A stretch of DNA of 64,000 nucleotides from Antedon mediterranea (Eukaryota; Animalia; Echinodermata): assembly GCF_964355755.1 (NCBI RefSeq), contig NC_092679.1:4556201-4620200 (forward strand), read 5' to 3'. This document shows positions 25,783-39,280 of the stretch, one piece after another. The notes below the pieces were generated by a model. It saw only the letters and a list, made by a program, of their open reading frames with translations. It was not told the DNA's origin and made no database searches. Position numbers and translations under genes: made by a program. Position 1 is the stretch's first letter, and the number at the start of each line of letters is the position of its first letter.

Positions 25783-27868
25783 CTAGTGTAACTAGCCCAT
25801 CATTCAAAAGTGAACGATACTTAACGTAGTCAGGTTGAGTCAAAAAATGAAAGAAAAAAACTTTTGGATTTTTAAATGTCAAAGAGTATCTTGTTTGTAA
25901 TGTTATAAATTGAAGGAATTACGATAAAACTATCCATGCGTGAAAGTAACTGCATATTTAACCAAGGGTACAAATTTATTTAAGACTTAAAACATAAACT
26001 TAAGATACAACATTTCATATCGTGTTTCCCATGTGACATATCAAATACATGTTATACATCGGCTTGTAAAGTTAGGGGTTTTAAGGTTAGTATTTTACGG
26101 AGGTTTAAAGCACACAGCCACAATAATCAATATGGTAAATTTCCACAACACCAGCTGTCAGACAATAAAAGAGCAATCAAATGATCATTTCGAATGCTAA
26201 ATAGTATTATACAAACATTGGAATACGACTATAGAATATTTCTATATTTACAGGGTATTATGGAACATCCATAATTACTACAAAATTTTAGCTCAATGGA
26301 TGTATGGAAATGGAGATAAATATTTGCATACGAACCAGGAAAAAATATGGTTTTCAAAATATTAAAAAAACACAATTATGATCAAAGCTACCCACAACAA
26401 AAAAAGCTCTTTACAAGTGCTTTAGTGGCTATACATACTGTAGGTCCAAGTAAATAATTTTCTGTAGACTCTCGTCTTTGTACAATTCATGTCTTTTAAA
26501 AAATAATTCTTTAGATATCTTTTAACTGTAATTTCTCTCAATTTAAATGTATTATTAATGAAATTATTTAAATAATCTTATTTACATTTTGTATATACTT
26601 ATATTGGCTTATATATATAGTTTAGTTATTTTATTTTCAACCTGTTATTGGTGTTTTACACTGTTGGCTTGAAATAGAGAATACAACATGATGGCCAATA
26701 GAGATTTTTTTTTGTTTTCAAATCAGCCAATCAACCACACATAGCTGTCAAGTCAAAAATCATTCTATGCACACTCAGTAGCATTTATACTCCTGCACAA
26801 AGCTACTGAAACTTATATTTAATACAGAAATTTTACTCAGGACTACTGAAACAAACACTATTCAATTATAAGCATTTGTTTCGTTAATAAATTATTCTGT
26901 TTTAAAATTTTCTTTCATAATTCTGTATTATAAAAACAATTTTATCTGGTTTCAGTGTACAGTAATAATAGATAATAGTTGTTCAATATAATTATGAACA
27001 ATTATATTTTAATCAACGCAAAATTCAGAGGAAATTCTGCAGCTGATAAGAATAGCTTCGGTATTTTTTATAATATATTCAGAAAGCTAACATCAATTTA
27101 TTAACTGAAAAGTTACGGTATACCTTAATGATTTATTTTGACGGAAAGAAGAGGAAATAGAGGAAACGCAGGTGAGAGGTAGTATGCCGTAAGTAATCAG
27201 GAAGCCTAATTTCTTCAATAGGGAGTTTTTGATTTGCATTCACCAACCTAGGAATAAGTCTAGTTCAATTATTTCAATTCATTGCGTGCATGTAGGAAAG
27301 TTGCGACGTGCTTCGTTACTTTATTCCTTGACATACTTTTGGCGGACTCTAGGTTTAGGCAACGGCATAACAATGTCGAAATCAAAATCTCCCTATTTGT
27401 TCTTTGAAGTATATCTATGTCTATACAGTATGTCAAATATATATATTGGGAAGCTTCTCACATTCATTTTATAAATTATATTGCTTTTTGTAACACCTGG
27501 CGGGAAGCAAATCACATCATCGCTATTTCAAGAACATTTAATGTTATCATTTTGACATATCTACTATTCAACGGCCTTGAGAGGACACTTTTTATAAACC
27601 TGTTTCTCGTTCGTTCGCTGCAAATTCTATCTAACTGTTTCAAGAACACTTTAGGTCATACACATAACTGAAGTAAAAACATTTAAATGATTCTTTATGT
27701 CTATTAGAGGATATAAAAACAAAGAAAAGCAATTGCAAACCATTTTGGAAATAAATGTTATTTTTAATTTGATTTGAAGATAAGCAATTGCTAACATTGC
27801 TAGATTTAGTTATATTTTTCACTATATTTTATTATAGAACATTATTTTGTCTACAAAATATAAATATT

Positions 27869-28125
27869 GGAGTGGAGCTGTGGCTTGGTGGTTATGATGC
27901 TTGGCTACCAATCTAAGGTCCTGGGTTCAAGTCCTGTCATATGTCAGGGTTTTTTTCTCATGACAATTTACAACTCCACTCCCAAAGACTTAATAATAAG
28001 TCTTTGTTTATGTAGAGCATCTTGTGTATATGTTTGTCTTGTGAAATTATTAAATAGTTTATCCATCCTGTAATTGGCGGGTTACTCGCTGTTGGATGAG
28101 TATGAAATAAAAGAGTATGAAATAA
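27869..28125 (+). mobile_element. tRNA-derived SINE
   Basis: tggcttggtggtta A box, gggttcaagtcc B box, duplicated gagtatgaaataaaa tail. Related heads lie at about 4670-4755 and 45005-45110. Confidence 0.7.
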
Positions 28126-28415
28126 AAATATTCTATACTTTATTATATTTTTGTAGACAACTTTATAATAATGTCCTGGATTAAAATAATAAAATAAATA
28201 ATAATAATAATAATTAATATACAGTACACGTGTTCTAAATTTCAGTATGGTTTTACACTTGAAAGTTATAAAAGCATAACTGTTAAAAGATTAAATAAAA
28301 CAAATGACAATAAAACAGTAGGAAGAATGTGAAAAGATTCTGCTCACATTGATATTATGTCCATTATGCTTGTGAAATAAAATTGGTTGCTAAATATATG
28401 ACAGGGAGAACTGGA

Positions 28416-28955
28416 TAGTGGCTTTACATACTGTAGGTCCAAGTACAATACAACATGATGGCCAATAGAGATTTTTTTTGTTTTCAAATGAGCCAATCAC
28501 CCACACATAGCTGTCAAGTCAAAAATCATTCTATGCACACTCAGTAGCATTTATACTCCTGCACAAAGCTACTGAAACTTATATTTAATACAGACATTTT
28601 ACTCAGGCCTACTGAAATTAATATTAAATACAGTGACAAGTTGAGAGCTCTGCAATTAATAACATAATCACTTAGTAAACAAACACTATTCTATTATTAG
28701 CATTTGTTTCATTTATAAATTATTCTGTTTTAAAATTTTCTTTCATAATTCTGTATTATAAAAACAATTTTATCTGGTTTCAGTGTACAGTAATAATAGA
28801 TAATAATTGTTCAATATAATTATGAAAAATTATATTTTAATCAACGCAAAATTCAGAGGAAATTCTGCAGCTGATAAGAATAGCTTCTGTATTTTTTATA
28901 ATATATTCAGAAAGCTAACATCAATTTATTAACTGAAAAGTTACTGTATACATTA
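28416..28955 (+). repeat. Local duplication of 26423-27127
   Basis: Near-identical sequence in the same orientation, differing by two indels. Confidence 0.9.
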
Positions 28956-29617
28956 CCCATGGAGAACTGGATACAAACTTTAAACATTTAGAAAGCTCTA
29001 GGCATTAGAAATACTTGCAATATAAAAATACATAAACATAAACAAATTATATACAAAATCAAGTCGAATGCTGCCCAACATTCAGAAAGTAAAAAAAAAA
29101 GGGGAAAAACCTATTTTCCCATAAAAAGCGGTGAATTATTACTCACTAAAAGTCTCCATTACTGTTTTTGTCCTGTTTCCGGTTCCCGTGTTGTCCTGTT
29201 TTTTTTTTCAGTTTCTATGGGCTGCCTTATACAAGCTTCGCTTTTTAGGAATGTTGCCCCTCTTATTTTAATCATATTTACTGTTAATTTTTATTTTCTA
29301 TGAAAGACAAGAAGAGAAATAAATGTTACTTTGATTGATTGATTGATTGATTGATATATATAAAATTGTTTCAATTAAAATTACAACGTCCATGATCTGG
29401 ATTCTGAATTGTACATGTGTATCTGGTCATACTATTTGTACAATATGTTGGCTGGAATGGAAGATTTGTCAAGGAGAAAATGTGATAAAATCTACAACCA
29501 TGTGCTTGACCAGGCAGAGAGGATTATAACATTTTAGGTAAGGTTTGTATTATACGTAACTAAAATCAACTGATTAAAATTGTTCTTTTATCTTCAATGT
29601 CTTTCTCAACAAAATAA

Positions 29618-29759
29618 AGTTCTGTCCACACTATCAAACTAGTTTGACAAAAAAAAAATGTGATGTGCCCAAATATGGTAGTAATATGACATCATATTGT
29701 CCATATATGTGCACATCATATTTTGTTGTCACATAAAGTTTGATAGTGTAGACAGAGCT
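29618..29759. mobile_element. PIF/Harbinger-type MITE (family A)
   Basis: Full TIRs, TAA/TAA target duplication. Confidence 0.85.
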
Positions 29760-30644
29760 TAATAAGAGTAACACTCTATGTCATGCTCCATGATTTTGCA
29801 GAAATTGAGAGTAAAATTAACCCTGTGATCTTCAGGGTGTACATAATATCATAAGTAAATAAAAAAAAAAAAAAAAAAAATACCATAAAAATAATATATG
29901 TACTGTCTGTATATAAAATCTTTACAGGTTATACTAATATTATTTTATTTCTGCAAATACATTTATTATATTTCTTTCTTAAAAGAAAAAGATGTTACAT
30001 TATATTATTTTACATTTCTATTCAGTACGACTAATTTTAACAACTAAGAACAGATTACCTTGCATATGTATGGTACTTAGATTTTTTGTATCATGGCTTG
30101 ATATATCAAGTTTTTAAATTTGAAATTACAGTGAGCATGATACAAATGAAAGACTTGATTATCTTATGACGATACTGTTCTGAATTTGACATAGCTACGC
30201 AAAAATTGGGTCGGGTGACATTAAGCAATCGTTATCAGTAATATTCATCTATTTATTTGCTAAAATTCATGACAAGTTTTTCGGTCGATAGAATAAAAAG
30301 AGCGAATGTTATGTGCTTTTATTACTCCTAGTCGTATACAGATTTTGGTTTCTTTTGTATGGTACTAACTTTAGTAATAGCGATAATGAATAACCAGGAT
30401 CATATTTGTATATATGACGATGACTGTAAAAGAAACGTTGAATACATAGAACTGTAAATGTTAATTAAGCTATATACACTGCCATGAAACACAATAAGGA
30501 CGTCATTTTAAACGGCGATAATGATTTACTGAAAGAGAGATATTGACAGTGATGATTATTAATAGTCAGATATTCTATCAAAGAACTAGGCATTTCAAGA
30601 ATCAATATGACTTGAAGGGAGAAAGCTGGTTTCCCGCTGAAATT

Positions 30645-30945
30645 TCCCCTGGACATTTTTTCTCCTCCCCCAGCCTGAACATTTTCTCACCTTTGGACAT
30701 TTTCTCCCCTCCCTCACCCTGGACATTTTCTCCTCTCCCTCACCCTGGACATTTCCTCACCCTCCCTCACCCCTCACCCTGGACATTTTCTCCTCTCCCT
30801 CACCCTGGACATTTCCTCACCCTCCCTCACCCCTCAACCTGGACATTTTCTCCTCTCCCTCACCCTGGACATTTTCTCCCCTCCCTTTTGCATTTTCTAC
30901 CCTTACCCACACTGGAAATATTCCTGGACATTTTCTCCCCACCCT
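30645..30945. repeat. C-rich minisatellite cctggacattttctcctctccctcac with alternating subunits
   Basis: Direct periodicity. It explains the spurious 140-aa ORF. Confidence 0.9.
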
Positions 30946-31073
30946 TGACATCTGGCATTTTTTAATTTGAGTTCAGTTTCAATTCAAATAAAGAATTCGT
31001 ATGCAATATCTGCAAACAAAATTATATTTTACACCAAAATAATTTTAATTGACATTAAAGAGCCTAAAAACTG

Positions 31074-31665
31074 CCATACTACCCTAAATTGAGAAAAGGG
31101 CTTAACTACATTTTTTTCGAAATTGAGATTTTTGTCTTATTTGACTCTTGAATTCACCAGTCTATAAATATGAAATCATTATCAATAATTGAGGCTTACA
31201 GTATCTACAAACACCGATAGAAATAATCTGACAAAAGGCTTCAACTACAGCGATTGACCAAGCAGGAGCATGATGAATATATAATGAGGCACATTTATGT
31301 TCTCAAAGCTTCTTTCATATATAATTTATTTCAACTAAAGTTACTAAAATGTTTTGGTAAATTTTGATCAAAAATCAATCAAAATAACTGCGTGTGCCCT
31401 GTTTTCTAAGTATGTCCCGCAATTGTATAGTTAAGTACCAATAATTTTAGAAAAGGCTTTATCTGAAATTTGACGCCCCAAAATAATAAAAAGTATAATT
31501 TAAAACAATGTCAGATATTTGTTATTAATGTACTTCTTAAATATGTTCAATTGGAAATAAAATACTGCATGAACTTTTGTAATGAAAAACAAAAACATAT
31601 TTTAGGCAAGTACTCAAAAGTAGATTTTTGTAGAGAAGCCCTTTTCTCAAAGTAGGGCAGTATAG
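31074..31665. mobile_element. Non-autonomous DNA transposon with about 36-bp TIRs
   Basis: ccatactaccctaaattgagaaaagggcttaactaca versus the reverse complement of tgtagagaagcccttttctcaaagtagggcagtatag. Confidence 0.7.
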
Positions 31666-33425
31666 TTCTAGTTTTTGGGACACACTATCACATTTCTGGG
31701 ACACACTAAACATTTACTGTATGTCAAAGTTTTACTTTGCTAATTCAAGGTATTCACAATAATGATCAATGATACAAAATCCATGATGCATCATGCCTAC
31801 AGAATATGATGTATAGAAAATCAAGATTTATGGATGCTAGAAATGTACATATTATGAACAGCGTATATTTTGCATTACAACTTTAATTCACACGGCTCTA
31901 AATCTTTATCTTTTAAAAGCTACATCAATATATTTTCATGAAAACACAGAAGCAACTAAACATATTAGCTTTTTTCTCATTTTAAGTACGTATCATATTA
32001 TCATATTTTTTTCTCGTCTGAATTAAGAAATGCTATAAAGATGGTTTGGCGATTCCCAATAAACAGAATTTGATGGCCTAAAGTAAGCAAGTCTAAATTC
32101 CCTAAGGCTATTGTCCAATTATCTATTTTACTGAAACAGAACTAGAGAACTATTACACCGAGTCTAGCCCTACTGTCATCAAATTAGCAAACTTTAAACT
32201 GTATCAGCGAGAAGATTAAGTAAAAATAATTGGGTGTAGATGTCAAAATACAGTATGAATTTTACTTTGCAAAAAGGGTTAAAGAAAAAAATCTGCCTCA
32301 GGTTTGTGATGTCTGTAGCTTGTGCCATCATGTCTGTTTCTGTAGGCAGACCCATTAATCTTATTACCTCATCTTTCGAATGAGATGTTTGGCTGTTGGT
32401 CCTGATTGCATAAATTCACGTAAAACATTAAGATGTTTTATACAAATTATCTAAAAACAAAAACTAAAAAATTCACCCAGACAGATGGTCTATTATTTTC
32501 AAACATTAGCAGGGATTCGTTTAGAGAAGGTAGACTGTAATTTAACAGACTGACAGACCGCAACGGTTATGTTACACGGACGGAATATATGTTGCACTAG
32601 TCGTCTTCATTTACCATTCCAAAACCAATCGATCAATAATCTTTTATTTCTAAATGTTTAAAAAGGGTAAATATAAATATGTATGTTCTGAACATTTTGA
32701 CACCAATATCAACACTCTGTGATTTGCAGTTACGTAGATATATAAACATCTTGCCATATATGTCAAAGGTCACAAAATGGAATTTCCGGTCATGTTTCAA
32801 CAAAATGTTCAAAAAGTGTAAATATAAACATATATATTTTGAACAATTTGACACCAAATACAGCTGTCTACTACAAGCGGTTACCGATTTTCAAAAATTG
32901 GCGGCCATCTTCTTTAACGTCAAATTTTGAACCTTTGCGGTAGTCCGATTTTGGTAAACTTTTGATATATGTTTTTTGAGACCATTTTTTATTGTAATTC
33001 ATCAAAAAACATTTTCTTGCAATTTTTTTGGGGTAATTAAACAGTTTGACTCGACTATTCAGCTTAACACCATAGAAAACACAAACAATACAAAAGAAAA
33101 CAAAAGCATCAGCAAAATTCAAAAACTTAAAACACTCTCAGTATCATCATCTGTGTAGAATAAAATACAAAAATCTTTTATAGCATAAAAAACCATATAA
33201 AGATACTAACAATTTGACATATACAAAAGCATCAGAAAAAGTATTAAAAACATTATACTCTCAATATAATCATCCATGTGGAATATAGCTCTGAGCCTTT
33301 TAAAGATGACTGGACAACAGTATTGACCAATTTGTTCTTTTAAACATGACTGGACAACAGTATTGACCAATTTGTTACTACTCTGTTCCATTCTACACAT
33401 GAAACCATAGCATGTTTTCCTGTAG

Positions 33426-33680
33426 TATTTTTATTTTATTAACAAAGCCAGGACTGTTTAAAGCACCTGATTGGTCCTAACATTGATCAAGGGCATTCTT
33501 TCGTCCAGTGCCCACCTTGACCAAAGGAAAGGCATAAGCCAATACGTCTGAGGCCCCAGCTCCATATAAAGCACCCGATATTCCCAGATGGTCTCCATTC
33601 CAAGCTCTAACCAGGCCCAACATTGTTTAACTTCGGTGATCTGACGAGAACTAGTGTTTCAACATGATAAAGTCGTATTC
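33426..33680 (-). mobile_element. 5S rRNA-derived SINE (SINE3-like) or 5S pseudogene with appended tail
   Basis: 33563-33680 on the minus strand aligns to animal 5S rRNA (tacgac..ttctcgtcagatcaccgaagttaa..gggcctggttag..ctgggaatatcgggtgct) with many substitutions. It has no oligo-T terminator and continues about 135 nt to an A-rich end. Confidence 0.8.
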
Positions 33681-33921
33681 ATAAACAGAGTTCCTTGTGA
33701 AAAACATCTGTGCCGAGATAAACCTAGTAAAAAATGAAGGCTCACTAATATCTTGTTAGAACAGTGTGGTAAGAAAAAAAGTGGACGAGCTAATACATAC
33801 TGTCTCCTTTTGGAGGGACACCACTTTCCTGTGAATTTATAAAGGAGCAACAAAAATGATGTTTTACCACCTGGCCATAAAAAGAACATGTAATTCTCCA
33901 CGAACATAATACTGTATTTTA

Positions 33922-34061
33922 AGCTCCGTCTACACTATCAAACTAGTTTGACAAAAAAAGTGTGATGTGCCCAAATATGGTAGTGATATTCCCACTTTAA
34001 AGACATCATGTCCATATATGGGCACATCACATCACATAAAGTTTGATAGTGTAGACAGACT
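33922..34061. mobile_element. PIF/Harbinger-type MITE (family A)
   Basis: Full TIRs with TTA flanks. Confidence 0.85.
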
Positions 34062-34422
34062 TTAATGATACTGTGCTGCATTTTAGAAAATATCTGTGTA
34101 TATGTTTATCCACTATCATCACATCAATTAAAAGCTGATTATTTTTACCAGTTTTTAATCTAAAATTCCCATTTCCATGAACACGTTTTAAGTGGTAATA
34201 AAAAAATATCTTTAAGTGGATGCTTAACATTTACTTTATAGCCAAGGAAATCGGAAAAAAAAACCTCATCGATTATATATACTGTACATAATTAGAAAAT
34301 AAGATAATATTAACTAAACTTGATAGGAAAAATATAAAGAAATATTGTAAATAAAACTGAAAATATGAAGAAGTTCATTTAGTAACTATTCATATAAATT
34401 TACAGGCATAGGAAAACTCCAA

Positions 34423-34571
34423 AGCTCTGTCTACACTATCAAACTTTATGTGACAAAAAAAATGATGTGCCTATACCATGATAAAGTCATATCGTATCAT
34501 ATTTGTGCATATCACTACCAATATAGTCCCATTTTTTTGTCACATAAAGTTTCGATAGTGTAGACAAAGCT
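34423..34571. mobile_element. PIF/Harbinger-type MITE (family A), reverse orientation
   Basis: Full TIRs. The core is the reverse complement of the other copies. Confidence 0.8.
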
Positions 34572-34610
34572 TAAAAGAATCTCTATTAAAAGAACATCTT
34601 TGGGACCTAA

Positions 34611-35188
34611 CAAAGTGTCCCTCAAATAGGAGTGTCCTCTGTATAAAGATGTCCGAATGCAGAGATTCTAGTGTATGGAACTAATTATGAACCAAAGTGT
34701 ACCTCTAATAGGAGTGTCCTCTGTATAAAGATGTCCGAATGCAGAGATTCTACTGTATGGAACTAATTATGAACCAAAGTGTCCCTCTAATAGGAGTGTC
34801 CTCTGTATAAAGATGTCCCAATGCAGAGATTCTAGTGTATGGAACTAATTATGAACCAAAGTGTCCCTCTAATAGGAGTGTCCTCTGTATAAAGATGTCC
34901 CAATGCAGAGATTCTACTGTATGGAACTAATTATGAACCAAAGTGTCCCTCTAATAGGAGTGTCCTCTGTATAAAGATGTCCCAAAGCAGAGATTCTAAT
35001 GTACAGTATGGAACTAATTATGAACCAAAGTGTCCCTCTAATAGGAGTGTCCTCTGTATAAAGATGTCCGAATGCAGAGATTCTACTGTATGGAACTAAT
35101 TATGAACCAAAGTGTCCCTCTAATAGGAGTGTCCTCTGTATAAAGATGTCCCAATGCAGACATTCTACTGTATGGAACTAATTATGAA
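34611..35188. repeat. 82-bp tandem array, 7 copies, derived from the right half of a family B MITE
   Basis: Spacing measured as 82, 82, 82, 82, 87 and 82 bp. Each unit contains agagattcta.tgta (TIR end). Confidence 0.95.
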
Positions 35189-36509
35189 TGAAACGCATAG
35201 AAATATACGATCAATCTTATACTATGCATTATTATAAAAAAGCTACGAAAAAGTATTGAACCAGAAATCTTCTGCTTTAATATATATATGTAAATTCATA
35301 TCTATACATTTTGATTCATATTTAATACAGGTTTGGTAATCAATATGTTTGCTTGTACCATCATATGATCATGCTTTATTCATTGACGTGTAGAACTCTC
35401 TTTTCGGTTTAATCTAATATCCTACAGTATATATTTAATTTATCAGCCCCTTTTATGCATTTTTTAATTGCCATTTTACAATAAACATCATCAGTATCAT
35501 TATTATGATATTTTCAAAGAAAATACAAATATACTACAATGAATAAAACTAATTTTAATATTACCGTAATAATTAACATTCTTGGAAATTTGTCTCGCAG
35601 AAAATATTTTGATACAAGTACTTTCGAACGCAAGTCATAACTAGGTAATAATATTATTTTATTTCCGAGAAAGATTAATAAGAATTTGCTTTACTATTTG
35701 AATTGTTGTTACTCATTACAAAAATGTGTACTATCGATATAAAATTCCGCGGAAACTTTTGATTTCTTATACAGTATAATGAATTCATGTTTTGAAGCAA
35801 TGTATTGAATTATACAAAAATATTTAATACAAAAATGTAAATTACAGACTTTATATAACAGTATTATCATAGATATGAATTTTGAGCATAATTTTTTACA
35901 TAAGCATTTCTTGGCATATATATTTTCAATGAATTATCAAAGCTAGGCTAAATTTACATCGTATGCCTCAGGATAAGATAATACATTAAAACACTGTCCA
36001 AACTCATTTACGCAAACCAATCAGAAACTTGAACAAATCCTAGAATCTGATGAAGTATATATGGTATGTAAACCTCGGTTTGTTAGTAATAATCTAGCTA
36101 TTTCAAACATGCATTATTTCTATTAATATGAATTGTAAATAATGATAAATTAGGAATACAATTATGAAATGCTTTTAAAGTGTGATGCTCAGTCTCTCTT
36201 TAATATAACGGTACTGTTGAAATGAATGTACACTAGAAGTCATGTGATCATAAAGACACGAGAAAAAATGATATTAAAACCGGCCTCATCTTTTGAGATG
36301 TCGGAATGTGAGATCACTGAACTCAGACCCTAACACACTCCTAAGATTTATTTATTTTACATTTTCAACATTTATCTCTAATATTACATAAGGTAAGTTA
36401 GTTTATACGATATATATAAAAAATTCCCATTCCGATTTTCTGCATTTGGTAAACTTCTACACACCAAGATACAAACAGCTTACCTACAGAACCCCTGAAT
36501 GTGATGAGG

Positions 36510-37043
36510 AGTGCAAATTGTAGCACACCTGCAATACCATTTAAACCCCAGGAAGGTCTCCACCTCCCCCGTCTCCTAGAGCAATTTGTAGCACAACTAC
36601 AATACCATTTAAACCCCAGGAAGGTCTCCACCTCCCCCATCTTCTAGAGCAATTTGTAGCACAACTGCAATACCATTTAAACCCTAGGAGGGCCTCCACC
36701 TCCCGTCTCCTAAAGCAATTTGTAGCACAACTGCAATACCATACCCCAAGAAGGTCTCCACCTCCCCCATCTTCTAGAGCAATTTGTAGCACAAACTGCA
36801 ATACCATTTAAACCCCAGGAAGGTCTCCCCCTCCCGTCTCCTAGAGCAATTTGTAGCACAACTGCAATACCATTTAAACCCTAGGAGGGCCTCGACCACC
36901 TCCCGTCTCCTAAAGCAATTTGTAGCACAACTGCAATCATTTAAACCCCAGGAAGGTCTCCACCTCCCGTCTCCCAGAGCAATTTGTAGCTCAACTACAA
37001 TACCATTTAAACCCCAGGATGGCCTCCACCTCCCGTTTCCTAG
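36510..37043. repeat. Tandem array, 64-69-bp unit, 8 copies
   Basis: gcaatttgtagcacaactgcaataccatttaaaccc recurs throughout. Confidence 0.95.
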
Positions 37044-38604
37044 CAAGGTCCTAAGCCAAACACACTTCAGCCATTTTATTAAGTCGTTCACACCATTTTA
37101 AATCTTGGTAACTATGCCGACCAGAAGCGGCAAATTGTTCTTTATCCCTCTTCAGTTGATAGGATGAAATTAAACCATTTAAGATAATTATTGAATCACT
37201 TTAAGTTTAATTCACGTCAGAACCGCTGACTCTTCACACGTCAAGGTCTAAATTTGAATTTTAATCAACTGTTTTATTTTGCACAAAATAATTATAAAAT
37301 TTAACAGTGTGTAGCCGCCTTCAACCTAACACTACTGTTTGTGTTGATTTTTATTTCAAACATCTTAAAAAAGGGTAACCCTTCCAGTTTAGCTCAGTGG
37401 GTTAACTGGTATTCAGAGGCCCTCTAGAATCATAGACAGTGTTTATATACATATAAAATTATCTTCTACCATTTTAATAAACTGGTTGGAATCTTGATGG
37501 TAACACCTGCTTCAGGAGAACGCTGTCTGGTTAAGACATTTTCTAGAGAGTAGAAAACATTCATGCAAAATTCATAATAATATGCACAATATTAATGGTA
37601 TAATATAAAGGATCGTGAATTCAGTTTTAATTCATTTCAAATGAATAATTTTGGCTAGACAGTTTTACGCTTGATAAAAAAAAGGAGGCTGATGTAGAAA
37701 TCCTTCATCATAGTTCTTTAATAATTGATAATGATTCTTTATAATTCATTCATTAATAATTGCTTTAGAACATAGTATGATATTCAACAAAAACAATAGA
37801 CTTACTGCAGCCATGTAATATATTTCATTAATATTTAATAGTTATAACACAGCAATCACTGACATTATAGGTTACATTTGCATCATATGCCATTCATTAT
37901 TAAGTCTATTCCATGGTAAATTTCTTTATTTAATGATTCTATTTAACAGGTTCTATTATACACAGCAACTTATTAGAATATTGTGCAAAGCGAACTTGCA
38001 TGTTAGAAAAAACCTGCAAGGTGTGCTGTCTATAACTTTGTACTTTGCGGCAAAAATCGAAGCACTGACACTCTCACGCAATGATAAGCAGGTTTAGTAT
38101 ATTTCGCCAGACATTTTATAGTGCATTAACATAGCAAGTTTCAAGGTTAGGACTATATCTTAATACATTACGTTGTGTGGGATGAATATCTACGATGTTG
38201 AATATAAACTACAATTATAACATAGTTATGAATAAGTAAAATAGGAAACCTTTGACCTATATTTAATCGTATGAGTGGGCGTAATAGACAGATCAATGGA
38301 TGAAATATCATCCCGTCAAAGAGTTTTAGGCTGAAAACATGACGTTGATAATGTATTATAGATATTCTGATATTGGTGTTACGCAAGGCATTACTTAATG
38401 TAAATGATTATACTATTATTATACCCATATACCCATTAGAACATTCGTCGTCTCCTACAATTTCTATAATAAAGGCCATGTTTATTGATAATGAGAGATT
38501 ATTTTAAAAACACTAGCGAAGTGTGGTTGGTATTAAAAAGCGTGTGGCAAAACCTGTACAAACAGTAGTAAGTTTACATATGAATGAAGATAGAAAATTA
38601 TGTT

Positions 38605-39280
38605 ATAATAAAGATGGTGATGACATGGTTTTTGTGGTGAGAAAGATGATGATATCATATGATTATATCATTTTTTTTATGAGATGGTGATGATATAATC
38701 ATGATATAATGAGGATGATATCACATTTGTTGATGAGATGGTAATAACATTGTGGTGAAAAAGATGATATGAAAAGGAATATATCATTTTTTTTATGAGT
38801 TGGTGATGTCATAATGATGACGAGAATGATATCACATTTGTTGATGGAATGATGATGACATGATGGTGGTGAAAAAGATGATATGATGAGGATTATATCA
38901 CTTTTTTATGAGATGGTGATGATAATCATGATATAATGAGGATGAAATCACATTTGTTGATGAGACTGTGGTAAAAAAGATGATAGGAAAAGGAATACAG
39001 TATATCACTTTGCTATGACTTGGTGATGATATAATCATGATGAGGATATCACTTGAATCTATCATTTGAAGATTAATGATAATAATTAAATCTATTTTAC
39101 AGTTGGTGATGATACATTGATGATGAGAATGTTATTACATTTTTTGATGAGATGGTGATGACATGATGGTGGTAGTAAAAAAGATGATATGAAAAAGATT
39201 ATATCACTTTTTTATGAGTTGATGATGATATAATAATATGAATGATATCAAATTTGTTGATAAGATAGTGATGATATATA
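38605..39280. repeat. Degenerate GAT-rich tandem repeat
   Basis: Recurring atatcac.tttt..atgag.tggtgatga. Confidence 0.8.

Noticed and set aside
30543-30965. 140-aa ORF, and similar ORFs at 7489-7805, 36398-37091 and 58482-58716
   Set aside because: Open frames are by-products of tandem or low-complexity repeats.
33563-33680. Functional 5S rRNA gene
   Set aside because: Many substitutions disrupt helix I and the internal promoter region, there is no terminator, and it is not in a tandem array.
37466-37542. Minus-strand acceptor followed by a short frame (NVLTRQRSPEAGVTIKIPTSLLKW*) as a RAD51B terminal exon
   Set aside because: No recognisable homology. Splicing from the phase-0 exon at 50176 would read KMS-stop, and the intervening exons are absent.
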